Source: a virus. From it: a DNA stretch of 64,000 nucleotides. The notes beneath the pieces were generated by a model that did not search any database, was not told where the DNA came from, and was given only the letters and a program-made list of their open reading frames with translations. Positions 46,817 through 55,875 of this stretch are shown one piece after another. The DNA lies in the IMG/VR virus record IMGVR_UViG_3300033145_000274, positions 32,001 through 96,000 of that record; one strand, written 5' to 3'. The stretch's first letter is position 1. Every line of letters begins with the position of its first letter. The position numbers and the translations under genes are program-made.

Positions 46817-47011
46817 ATGGAAGCCGAAACCAGGGCTCGCAAGGGTGAGGTTATCAAAACTGTGATAGGTGGGGGTCATTGCTGTATTGAACCACCACTG
46901 ACCAAGTACCACAGGGTAGTTGATGAACGTGGACACGGTGGGTTTAACGGCAGAAAGACGGTTGTTGAGACAGATTATGATGATTATAAACAAAATGGAG
47001 TATCACGATAA
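46817..47011 (+). CDS. small hypothetical protein
   Basis: AGGAG RBS. Confidence 0.45.
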   Translation: MEAETRARKGEVIKTVIGGGHCCIEPPLTKYHRVVDERGHGGFNGRKTVVETDYDDYKQNGVSR

Positions 47012-47016
47012 TTGAA

Positions 47017-47359
47017 GGGCCTGTCATGGTTTCGACAGGATATTGGAGTTTGTGATTGCGTGTCGTGGTTTACCGAATGGCCACGAAAAAAATCGGTAAA
47101 AAACCTTTAATTGGCAATAACATTGTCGAAGGCTTCGCAGTAGCCGGGTTCGCCTCTCAAAAGGCCCCCAACGCTGCCCCTCAGTTCAGCTTTGTTTAAC
47201 GACAAGTTATCTGAGGCGACGGCTTAATCTTGTGCCATAACAAGAGCATATCATATTTAGAGACAGTTTTGTTTGTTGTACAGCTTAACAACAAACTACA
47301 CACGTAGACGTTGCTTAATAAGGTATCGCTGGAAATGGGTTCGACTCCCATCAGGTCCA
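47017..47359 (+). ncRNA. ssrA: tmRNA
   Basis: GGGCCTG/CAGGTCC-A acceptor with G3.U70, 5' GGTTTCGAC, 3' T-arm ATGGG-TTCGACT-CCCAT, tag frame 47113-47199 preceded by UA at -5/-4. Confidence 0.9.
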
Positions 47360-47468
47360 CTTATTTCATACTATTGAAAATTCACATGTGAAACTGGACA
47401 ATGGGATAGTTTTCCGTGTATAATAGTATGGGTAGACGTTAATTTTCAATACATTAGGGGAGAGAGAA

Positions 47469-49277
47469 ATGAAAAAGTGGCTTATTACAACCGTAGCTAT
47501 GTTAGCTATGCTGTTTAGCACAGTTGCTCTCGCCCGACCGCTGACACTTAACGAGATTTCGGAAGCCGTTTGTCGTGTCAAGATGGGTCCGTTTGTAGGC
47601 AAGCAAAACGCCGGAACGGGAACGTGCATCGGTGAAACACCAGACGGTCAAAACTACTATGTTTTGACAAATGCACATGTGGTCGGACAGCACAGCCAAG
47701 GTACTGTTGAATTCTTCAAGGGTGGTTATAAGACCAGGCCGTTGCCCGCTACCGTTGTGTGGCGAGCGTATAATAAAGGTAGTGACGTAGATTTTGCTAT
47801 TGTTATGGTGTCCAAGGCGATATTTGGTGATTATCCCCCCAGGGTAATTCCATTGGCTCCCGCTGGATATCGTCCAACCACCGGCAATTATATTGCTACT
47901 GTTGGATGTCCCAACGCTCGTTGGGCTCAGGCTTGGGAAGGTCGTATTACGGTTGAACGGCAATCTCGCGTGTTATTTGTCCCTGCACCCGTTGGTGGTC
48001 AAAGTGGTAGTGGTATCACTGTATTGATTCAGGATAAAGATGGTATATGGCATACGCGCGTTGGTGCCGTACTCACCTGGCGATTGGGTGACAACATGGG
48101 TAATTTCCATGGTGGTGCAATTCCAGTCAGCACACTATATAATGTTTTAGCTGGAACTCATGTGGCGTATCAAGTACCAGTACATTACACCGAAGTATCC
48201 ACTGTTGATACTGGTAAGTGGGCCATGGGTAGTAACCAAAGGTTGTATAGGGTTTATTCGGTTAATGGTAATAATACTGTTAATTTTGGCCAGGGACCCC
48301 ACGTACGAATCTTAACATGGGATTACTACAAGACTGGGTGTTGTCCTCCGTCATTTGGTAGTGGTAGCGGTAGTTGTCCACCGTCCTTTGGTAGTGGTCC
48401 TAGTCCGTGGCGTGGACCCAGTCCACAGCCCCAACCACGTCCGAGCCCAGGCGTACCCCCATATAGTCAGCAACCCCCCAATGGTGGTGGTAATCCATAT
48501 GGTGTCAAACCGCCTAGTATTGGCGCGCCGTGGCCAGGTATCACTCCAGAAGCACCCAAGGCCGAGGCCGAGGAAGAAAAGCCACCCTTGCCACCTTTGA
48601 GTGATGAACTGCAAGACTTGGGTGATAAGTACAATGTGTTGTCCGCAGATAAGAAAAAGTTAGAAGACCAGATTGCGGAGCTAGAAGACCAAATTTTGGT
48701 TCAAGCTGATGCCGATATTGCAAAAGCTAAAGCTGAGGCTGACGCCAAGGCTGAAGCCGAACAACAAGCCGTTGAGCAGGAAAGTGAGACCGCTATAACC
48801 GATGTTGGTCTATGGCAGAGATTCAAAACTAACGTGAATGGATTCTTTGGTGGCATCCTTATGGGTGCTGGTATTGGTCTGCTTATTTTTGTGTGGAATA
48901 AGTTTTTGAAGAAGAGGGTTATACAGCGAGTGGATTCCCTACAAGATTATCTTGAAAACAAAATCAAAGGTAAGTGGGGTCCCGAATTGGCTGGGGAAGC
49001 CCGAGATGTAATGGAGGGCGTTGAAGACGCGCTGCTGGGCTTTGCAGACGACTTCTTGGAAGACATACAGGCTCGCAAGCAAGTGGCTAAATCCGTCGCC
49101 AAGGGCCAGCCCGCCGCACGTGTGGTGAATGGTTCACGTAGGTCTAATGTGTCTGAAATCCTCGAAGCCGTACGAGAAGCCTCCCGCGAGGTCGGTGATG
49201 AAAATGTCACCACAGAAGTACCCCGCAGGGTGGATGAAATCTTGGCGCAGGTAGCCAAGGACAAATTGAAAAACTAA
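47469..49277 (+). CDS. secreted, membrane-anchored trypsin-like serine protease with Pro-rich linker and coiled coil
   Basis: Signal peptide; TNAHV, DFAIV, GQSGSG triad; TM helix GILMGAGIGLLIFVW. Confidence 0.8.
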   Translation: MKKWLITTVAMLAMLFSTVALARPLTLNEISEAVCRVKMGPFVGKQNAGTGTCIGETPDGQNYYVLTNAHVVGQHSQGTVEFFKGGYKTRPLPATVVWRAYNKGSDVDFAIVMVSKAIFGDYPPRVIPLAPAGYRPTTGNYIATVGCPNARWAQAWEGRITVERQSRVLFVPAPVGGQSGSGITVLIQDKDGIWHTRVGAVLTWRLGDNMGNFHGGAIPVSTLYNVLAGTHVAYQVPVHYTEVSTVDTGKWAMGSNQRLYRVYSVNGNNTVNFGQGPHVRILTWDYYKTGCCPPSFGSGSGSCPPSFGSGPSPWRGPSPQPQPRPSPGVPPYSQQPPNGGGNPYGVKPPSIGAPWPGITPEAPKAEAEEEKPPLPPLSDELQDLGDKYNVLSADKKKLEDQIAELEDQILVQADADIAKAKAEADAKAEAEQQAVEQESETAITDVGLWQRFKTNVNGFFGGILMGAGIGLLIFVWNKFLKKRVIQRVDSLQDYLENKIKGKWGPELAGEARDVMEGVEDALLGFADDFLEDIQARKQVAKSVAKGQPAARVVNGSRRSNVSEILEAVREASREVGDENVTTEVPRRVDEILAQVAKDKLKN

Positions 49278-49338
49278 GCTGAGATAGCGTTGCCCAAGGG
49301 CGGTCTCAGGGTTTCCTGAAATCGCTCTTTTTTTTTGG

Positions 49339-49366
49339 TTGACAATAAATTTTCTTGGTGTATAAT
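49339..49366 (+). promoter_or_regulatory. sigma70-type promoter for the tRNA cluster
   Basis: TTGACA-N16-TATAAT. Confidence 0.75.
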
Positions 49367-49441
49367 ACAAGTGAGGCGAATGAATTAGCGCTTACATGTC
49401 CAAAAATGAACGGCGCTGAAAATCCTTGTCGCTTCTTGTGT

Positions 49442-49527
49442 TCCGTGGGGGCAACTGTTGGAAGTTGCGGGCGTCTGTTAAACGTCTATGGGTAACACCT
49501 ACGCTGGTTCGATTCCAGCCTGCGGAG
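49442..49527 (+). tRNA. tRNA-Asn(GTT) with 16-nt variable arm
   Basis: GGCGT-CTGTTAA-ACGTC; T-arm GCTGG-TTCGATT-CCAGC; G73. Confidence 0.75.
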
Positions 49528-49568
49528 CTTATGTGATTTACTTAGGATTCTTGTGAAGGAAAAGTGCT

Positions 49569-49910
49569 TTGAGCAAAAACAAAGAACGTCAGTTTAAGTT
49601 GCTTCGTCTTGTTAGCGGCAGTACGGTATTAGCCAATGTGTTATATCAACGTGAAAACACAGGACAAGAATACGAGTTGACGAAGCCGATGGAAGTAATT
49701 GTCATGCCTGACCGGTCGGGCCAAACGATGATTACTCTCATGGATTTTATTCCCGCAAGCCGACAAGAGGTTATTCGTATTGGTAAGGCCCACGTAATGT
49801 GTTCCGCCGTACCCGATGATAAAGTAGCGGCTTTGTATCAACAGGCCACTAATCCGAGTGCCGTGATAGCACCGCCTGAGCAAAAGCTGGCGTTGCCGCC
49901 AGGAGTATAA
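49569..49910 (+). CDS. hypothetical protein, possibly Sm-like fold
   Basis: FKLLRLVSGSTVLA...LTKPM...FIP pattern. Confidence 0.45.
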   Translation: MSKNKERQFKLLRLVSGSTVLANVLYQRENTGQEYELTKPMEVIVMPDRSGQTMITLMDFIPASRQEVIRIGKAHVMCSAVPDDKVAALYQQATNPSAVIAPPEQKLALPPGV

Positions 49911-49913
49911 TAT

Positions 49914-49987
49914 AGGGCTGAGGGCTTGATGGTAAGCCGCCTGGTTTGGGACCAGGAGTTGTGTGGGTTCGACTCCCACCTGCCCTA
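49914..49987 (+). tRNA. tRNA-Pro(TGG)
   Basis: CCTGG-TTTGGGA-CCAGG; T-arm GTGGG-TTCGACT-CCCAC. Confidence 0.85.
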
Positions 49988-49998
49988 CTGACAATCAT

Positions 49999-50085
49999 AG
50001 CGCAGGGTTCTCTGTTGGTAATGGGTGCCCAGACTTTCAATCTGGGGGTCGTAAGGCCACGCGGGTTCAATTCCCGTCTGCGTTA
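49999..50085 (+). tRNA. tRNA-Glu(TTC) with 15-nt variable arm
   Basis: CCAGA-CTTTCAA-TCTGG; V-arm GGTC-gtaa-GGCC. Confidence 0.75.
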
Positions 50086-50093
50086 CTTATAAT

Positions 50094-50168
50094 GGGGGAT
50101 GGTTCACTGTTGGGAGTGTTGCTTGGTTTGCAACCAAGTTGTCGTGGGTTCGATTCCCATATCCTCCA
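50094..50168 (+). tRNA. tRNA-Ala(TGC)
   Basis: G3.U70; CTTGG-TTTGCAA-CCAAG. Confidence 0.9.
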
Positions 50169-50170
50169 CT

Positions 50171-50257
50171 GCGTACGAGTCGGATATTAGTTGGCCGAGC
50201 CTGACTGTGAATCAGGAGGCTATTAAAGCCATGCGGGTGCAATTCCCGTCGTTCGCC
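50171..50257 (+). tRNA. tRNA-His(GTG) with 16-nt variable arm
   Basis: CCTGA-CTGTGAA-TCAGG; V-arm GGCT-attaa-AGCC; C73. Confidence 0.75.
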
Positions 50258-50415
50258 CTTGAGGTTCTGTGTCATAGGAGACCCGCGCACCCTCTTATTA
50301 CCAGTCGATACAACATGGCGTGCGGAATAGCCGGATACGTTCGTATGGTCTTGTGTTGTTTAGGTTAAAGCGACTTATAATCGTGGCGAGCCTCAAATTT
50401 ATAAGGATTTATTTT

Positions 50416-50679
50416 ATGAGTCTTTTTGGACATTGGGAATGCCCCAACTGTGGAACGACTTGGACTGGTAGTATAGGTTGGCAACCCCCAACAGATGAAG
50501 AAGAGTTAAAGAACATGCTACACAATATGTGTGGTTGTAGTGGACCAATCGAGGGTGCTCAAACACCTGTTATGAGTGCATCTGTGATGAATGTTAAGCT
50601 TTCAGACAAGCGATTGGCAATGAATCTTGATATTGATAAACCACGCGAAGGTGACGCCGAAAGCGCCGGGCGCAACTAA
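50416..50679 (+). CDS. small Zn-ribbon protein
   Basis: WECPNC...CGC. Confidence 0.55.
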   Translation: MSLFGHWECPNCGTTWTGSIGWQPPTDEEELKNMLHNMCGCSGPIEGAQTPVMSASVMNVKLSDKRLAMNLDIDKPREGDAESAGRN

Positions 50680-50722
50680 CTCTCCAAAGGTTAGATAAGG
50701 GGTTCGACTCCCTCGTTGCCTG
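50649..50722 (+). tRNA. tRNA-Trp(CCA), atypical D-arm
   Basis: Loop CTCCAAA; AGGTGAC/GTTGCCT-G acceptor; T-loop TTCGACT. Confidence 0.65.
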
Positions 50723-50831
50723 CTAGAAGGTAGGACATCATGTTGCAAATATCTCCAGAAGAAAAAGAACTAAAACTAGAGCAATAAGTAGTCGTTTCAG
50801 CCAGGACTCAGAAAACTTTTTGGAGACACGC

Positions 50832-51320
50832 ATGGACTTTGTTCTGGGATTTGATGGTGGCAACGCCCAAAATCTTGCATGTTATGGCTATGTCATCTGG
50901 ACCGTCTCCGACAAAGAAATAACTACAGTGGGCGAGGGCTACGGCAAATGTCACGACGACCTACAAACTAGCAATGTGGCTGAGTGGTCAGCGCTCATGT
51001 ATGGTTTAATGGCGGTGTTACCGCAGATTGTAACCATAAAACGCGAACACAAGATTGCGAAGCTGTTCTTGCACGGCGACAGCCAGTTGGTCCTGCGACA
51101 ATTGACAGGAGAATACGGCGTGACCCAACCTCACCTAAAGTTTTACTATGGTAAGTGTCGAAAAATAGTACAGAGGATTGAGCAAGAAGGTGTTGAGGTC
51201 ATAACCCATTGGGAGGGGCGCGACAATAACGATGGACCAGACAAACTTACACATTTAGCCCGTAAGAGGTATCTTGATGTGCGACGAAGAAAGCGCGGTA
51301 CTAAATCTGTCACCAGGTAA
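50832..51320 (+). CDS. ribonuclease HI family protein
   Basis: GFDGG...SNVAEWSAL...GDSQLV...WEGRDNN..PD. Confidence 0.85.
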   Translation: MDFVLGFDGGNAQNLACYGYVIWTVSDKEITTVGEGYGKCHDDLQTSNVAEWSALMYGLMAVLPQIVTIKREHKIAKLFLHGDSQLVLRQLTGEYGVTQPHLKFYYGKCRKIVQRIEQEGVEVITHWEGRDNNDGPDKLTHLARKRYLDVRRRKRGTKSVTR

Positions 51321-51663
51321 TAATCTGTCTGAGTTGGTAAACGCCAAGCCAATTGATGCACTGAATATACCTGATAACTTTACCGGTGAGATTCGTGTGA
51401 TAGACAAGGAAGTGACTTTTGTTTATGAATTTGAAAAACACCAACTGAAATCTATTACGGTAAAATCTACCGTACAGGAGAAATGAGATGTTTGTTGTAT
51501 TTTCAAGCAACGATGAAATAATTATAACCACTCCAGAGTTGGAAACACAAGTCCTAGACGATTTTTTCATAAATGGTGGTAGGGTTATGGAAGATTACGA
51601 CCGAGAGGAAGTAGACGAAGTTGGAGTGGAAGTTTCCAGTCGTGTGATGTGGGAATAATACGT

Positions 51664-51746
51664 GGGAGGGTTGAGCAGGTGGTGTGCTTAGCGGACTGTA
51701 AATCCGTGCCCTTTTGGGATTGCAGGTTCGATTCCTGTCTCTCCCA
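51664..51746 (+). tRNA. tRNA-Tyr(GTA)
   Basis: GCGGA-CTGTAAA-TCCGT, long V-arm. Confidence 0.9.
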
Positions 51747-51879
51747 CTTGTGTTCAGTCAGTTTGCGCTTATATAGTCTGGTTAGTTACTGACGAAAAAT
51801 AAAGAACAGCGCCAGCCGTGGTCAATCACTCCACGAAAATCAGTGATGGTGGCTCGGTTCGACCCCCACGCCACAACTT

Positions 51880-51950
51880 GCGCCTGTGATGTAGTGGTAG
51901 CCTATCAGCTTGCCATGCTGAATGTGTGGATTCGATTTCCACCAGGCGCT
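51880..51950 (+). tRNA. tRNA-Gly(GCC)
   Basis: TCAGC-TTGCCAT-GCTGA; U73. Confidence 0.9.
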
Positions 51951-51984
51951 CTTAAATATGACGTTATAACTCAAAGGAATTACC

Positions 51985-52239
51985 ATGAAGAAAAAGAGTA
52001 TGAGTATTGGTACGCTGTCCATGTTGATTGGCTTTGCCCTGTGTATTATTAAAGCCAGCGGACTTGGATTAGTCACATGGCCATGGTGGGTTGTTACCGC
52101 GCCTGTGTGGGGACCATTTGCTATCTTTGCCATCTTCATGCTGTTTGTGTATATGTTGGTGGGCACCCGCATAAGTGTAGATGCCGCAGCAGAAATAACA
52201 TTTGATGCCGATGGTAAACCAAACAACCAGGGCAAATAA
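51985..52239 (+). CDS. small membrane protein
   Basis: Two TM helices, WPWWVVTAPVW. Confidence 0.6.
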   Translation: MKKKSMSIGTLSMLIGFALCIIKASGLGLVTWPWWVVTAPVWGPFAIFAIFMLFVYMLVGTRISVDAAAEITFDADGKPNNQGK

Positions 52240-52243
52240 TGCT

Positions 52244-53473
52244 ATGAATGACATTCTTTGTATCATACCCTACTATGATTTTCATGGCAATGAACGCCTA
52301 CCAACGAATCATTATACGGGTGTGAAATCACTACAAGAACAGGGTGTTGATACGTTGGCTATTGAGGCCGTATATGATAATCAGCCACGACTATCGGGTG
52401 ATAACACGGTACAAATTGATGTACAACATCCATTGTGGTACAAGGAAAACCTGATTAACTTAGGCATACAAGAGTTTCGTGACCAGTATAAATACATCGG
52501 CTGGATTGACTCGGGGTTGTTGCTTAATGATGGGTGGGTAGAGTTAGCCCTGGACAAATTACACCACGTAGACCTCATACAGTGTTTTCGGTCGGGCAAT
52601 TGGTTCAATGAACACGGCATGATTGAATACATAACAGATGGTTATATTTATACACAAGTAATGGATGTGAGATTTCCCAATCGTCCTTCTCCGGGAGGCG
52701 CGTGGGTTGCACGGTCCAGTGTATTATCGGATAACTTTTTGTATGACCGCAACATTGTGGGTGGTGGAGATTCCCTGCTGGCATATACAGTGTTACGTAA
52801 CGGAGCAGTACATTCAGAACTTAAACACTACACACAGGAACACGGCGAACACTATTTAGAATGGCACGAACAACTATCACAACGCAACTTAACATGTTCA
52901 TACATTCGAGGTAGCTTTACGCACCTGTGGCACGCCACCCTAAAACAACGACAACACATACAACGACATCAAATTCTCAAACAGTATAACTACAATCCAG
53001 TGCGAGACCTGTTATACGACCCAAGTGGTCTGCTAACTTACAGTCCCGACGTAAATACTGACTTGCCCGATGCAATACATAAGTATTTGGTGCATAGAAC
53101 TAAATTCACACCACAAAACGCCACATCATCACGACCAGCGTCCGTTAGGTTTCTTTGTAACATAGACCTGCCTGTATTACACAAGGGCCATGAGCGCATA
53201 GTACATTTTAATGCTGGTGATACACATCCAGCAATCAGAATTGAAGTGCATGATGGTAACCAAAATGATATTTACAAACCAGATGGTAGTGTAATTTTGG
53301 ATGTTGCAGATGACATGTTTGAAAACGGGTGCAATCGTGTTCTTGTAACACATGGTGTGCCCGTACGCCAACCAATGCCAGTTACATCAAAGATAGACGA
53401 CTTTAGAACCGGACCGCCTACCAATCCCACACGAATGTCCTATGCTATGGGCGGGAAACCACACACAAAATGA
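52244..53473 (+). CDS. GT-A-like glycosyltransferase
   Basis: WYKENLINLG, WIDSGL, PGGAW, GGGDS, HLWH. Confidence 0.6.
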   Translation: MNDILCIIPYYDFHGNERLPTNHYTGVKSLQEQGVDTLAIEAVYDNQPRLSGDNTVQIDVQHPLWYKENLINLGIQEFRDQYKYIGWIDSGLLLNDGWVELALDKLHHVDLIQCFRSGNWFNEHGMIEYITDGYIYTQVMDVRFPNRPSPGGAWVARSSVLSDNFLYDRNIVGGGDSLLAYTVLRNGAVHSELKHYTQEHGEHYLEWHEQLSQRNLTCSYIRGSFTHLWHATLKQRQHIQRHQILKQYNYNPVRDLLYDPSGLLTYSPDVNTDLPDAIHKYLVHRTKFTPQNATSSRPASVRFLCNIDLPVLHKGHERIVHFNAGDTHPAIRIEVHDGNQNDIYKPDGSVILDVADDMFENGCNRVLVTHGVPVRQPMPVTSKIDDFRTGPPTNPTRMSYAMGGKPHTK

Positions 53474-53976
53474 TATTTACCACACAGCGAAAACTAGTTG
53501 AATTAGCCGAGAAGGATATGTATTGGCATCCGTGGAACATACGCTGGGAATATATGCTGGTCACCATGGCATGGCTACAAGATATTCAACCTACGACTAT
53601 CCTAGAAGCAGGCACCAATGGACTTACAGTGTGTGAGGATAGTGATACGATTGGTTTAGGCAAAGCAGATACAATTCACGACCTGCGATGTACACCATGG
53701 CCATTTGAAGACAAACAATACGATGTATTCATTGCATTACAGGTATGGGAACATCTTACATATAAGCAGGAAAGTGCATTCACCGAGGCTAGTCGCATTG
53801 CTAAACACATCATCATGAGCTTTCCGTATATGTGGGACTACGCCAATGGACATTGTCATAATGGCATAGACGAAGACACAATCAATGAGTGGGCCGGTAG
53901 CCAACCCGACAAAGCACTATTGGTCAATGATTCTTATACACGTTCACGCCTGGTATGTTATTGGAACAAGACATGA
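53470..53976 (+). CDS. SAM-dependent methyltransferase
   Basis: ILEAG...WPFEDKQYDVFIALQVWEHL. Confidence 0.7.
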   Translation: MIFTTQRKLVELAEKDMYWHPWNIRWEYMLVTMAWLQDIQPTTILEAGTNGLTVCEDSDTIGLGKADTIHDLRCTPWPFEDKQYDVFIALQVWEHLTYKQESAFTEASRIAKHIIMSFPYMWDYANGHCHNGIDEDTINEWAGSQPDKALLVNDSYTRSRLVCYWNKT

Positions 53977-54377
53977 AAGTCATCATAGCGGGATGCCGTT
54001 GGATTGAAAATTACGACATAGTCTGTGAAGCCATTGAGGACAGCGGTTTTACGGTCACGGAAGTGGTGTCGGGCACAGCCAATGGAGTGGATACGTTGGG
54101 GGAAAACTGGGCAGAGGCACACGATATTCCTATTAAGCACTTTCCTGCTAATTGGAAAAACCTCAAGGTTAAGGGCGCTGTCATCCGAAAGAATAGGTAT
54201 GGGAAGTACAACGCCGCCGCCGGACATGTGCGCAACGAACAAATGGCAGAGTATGGTGATGCTCTGGTGGCTATTTGGGACCAAAAATCACGAGGTACCG
54301 CCAATATGATTGAGTTGGCACGTAAACATGGATTGAAAGTACACATTTTTCTAGTAGAAGCAAAGGATGAACGATAA
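53973..54377 (+). CDS. SLOG-family (DUF2493/YspA-like) protein
   Basis: MKVIIAGCR...VVSGTANGVD...AGHVRNEQM...SRGTANM. Confidence 0.8.
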   Translation: MKVIIAGCRWIENYDIVCEAIEDSGFTVTEVVSGTANGVDTLGENWAEAHDIPIKHFPANWKNLKVKGAVIRKNRYGKYNAAAGHVRNEQMAEYGDALVAIWDQKSRGTANMIELARKHGLKVHIFLVEAKDER

Positions 54378-54440
54378 TGAGAACTCATTCTTACATTCTC
54401 CATAGGTTTAGTATGCTTTAATATAGCACTACTTTAACCT

Positions 54441-55061
54441 ATGGAGTTGCAAATGCGTGACAAAACCAAACACCCAACTTATCGACGTGAGCCTCGTACG
54501 ACCCAGGAACGTCGGGCTAACGGCAAGCGCAGCGAATGGGGACGTGGCAGGCGCAATCAAAGCAATTTGGTTGATGCTTATAGTGACCGTCCGGTGACCA
54601 TCCAGAAGACCTGGAAGGTTAAGCGTCGTCACCAATACCGTGAGCGTAGCCGTGGACAGCAGCACACAATCTTCCTGCCGAATGGCAGCGGGCCAAGTTG
54701 GCGCTTCTGGATAAACATCTGGGAGTTGGAACAGTGGTTCAATAACCACGACATTCCGTGCTGTGTTGAAAAGGTGGAGAAAATTGAGACGCGAATTGAA
54801 ACACATCGACGTGAGTACAGGGCGATTGGATGGGAATCGTATACCTATGTCCGCCCCGTGCGTCCGCGTAAGAAGGGCGCAAAGAAAACCCTGACCCGAT
54901 ATGAGACCAAGACCTCATGGCGTAATGTCTGCGGTTGGGTGAAGATAAAGCTACCTAAGCCACGTGTGAGTCATTGGTCTACCTTGATAGGCTACAACGT
55001 AACGTGGTGGAGTGGCAAGGACATTGGTATTGAACGTGTTTTGCAACGTAGTGTTAGGTAA
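54441..55061 (+). CDS. basic hypothetical protein
   Basis: 206-aa Arg/Trp-rich ORF. Confidence 0.55.
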   Translation: MELQMRDKTKHPTYRREPRTTQERRANGKRSEWGRGRRNQSNLVDAYSDRPVTIQKTWKVKRRHQYRERSRGQQHTIFLPNGSGPSWRFWINIWELEQWFNNHDIPCCVEKVEKIETRIETHRREYRAIGWESYTYVRPVRPRKKGAKKTLTRYETKTSWRNVCGWVKIKLPKPRVSHWSTLIGYNVTWWSGKDIGIERVLQRSVR

Positions 55062-55290
55062 AGTGGTCATTTGAATATCTTTATTCAACAAATTTTTGGA
55101 CTTGATTACACACGTGGGAATTGGGACGATTAGTAGGCCCCTTAATCAGAAATGCTCACTGCCGTTGGCGCTGAGTTCCCACGTTTTTGATACACTCAGC
55201 CCTAGTTGGCAAGGGTGCGGCGAGCGCTAGTCGCTAAGTGGTGATGGTTGACAACGAGCCATAATCGTTGATGGGATTTGCCATCCCTAT

Positions 55291-55366
55291 GGAGGTCTGG
55301 TGTAGCTGGTGCGCACGGTAGTCTGAAGAACTACAGGACTTGACGGTTCGATTCCGTGGGCCTCCA
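55291..55366 (+). tRNA. tRNA-Phe(GAA)
   Basis: GTAGT-CTGAAGA-ACTAC. Confidence 0.85.
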
Positions 55367-55500
55367 CTGGTGAATGCAGTGAGACTTACATGCATTTTAA
55401 GCCGTAGTTGCGAGTGCAAGACTCGTCCACGCCTAGCGTGGTAGCTTAATTAGTAAAGCAACGCCAATTTGTCTTACGTACCTTGTCACCATTTTTTTTA

Positions 55501-55573
55501 CCTGCCTAGCCCATCCGGTGGTGGGGGCTGGCTGTCAACCAGTTTGTGGCGAGTTCGACTCTCGTAGGTGGGG
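55501..55573 (+). tRNA. tRNA-Asp(GTC)
   Basis: GCTGG-CTGTCAA-CCAGT; G73. Confidence 0.8.
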
Positions 55574-55633
55574 CTAAACGGTCGGGCGACACGCTATTAA
55601 GCATCGCCCAATTGCTAGGGCCGTTTTTTAGAC

Positions 55634-55661
55634 TTGACATTTCTCATTTTGGTCGTAAAAT
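55634..55661 (+). promoter_or_regulatory. sigma70-type promoter
   Basis: TTGACA-N16-TAAAAT. Confidence 0.65.
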
Positions 55662-55875
55662 AAAAGTGAGTGGTGGAGGTGGGGAGCGAAAGCTCCCGTC
55701 TGTATCTTGGCGAATGTAATAAGACTTACATGTCCCGTTGTATGTTGCGAGTTCAAATCTCGTCCGTGCCGCTTTGTGGTGCGGTAGCTCAATTGGCAGA
55801 GCGACGACCCTAAAAAACGGTCTTATGTTGTTAGTCGCCATTTAATTTGTTAAGGTGAGTAAAGGAAATAGGAAA

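Noticed and set aside
51805-51875. tRNA-like sequence between tRNA-Tyr and tRNA-Gly
   Set aside because: Has a GGTTCGAC but cannot form a cloverleaf.
55436-55470. tRNA 5'-half-like sequence
   Set aside because: D-arm-like only, with no anticodon or T-arm.
55775-55845. Possible amber-suppressor tRNA (CTA near a loop)
   Set aside because: Good D-arm but no T-arm or acceptor pairing, and CTA is not at the anticodon position.
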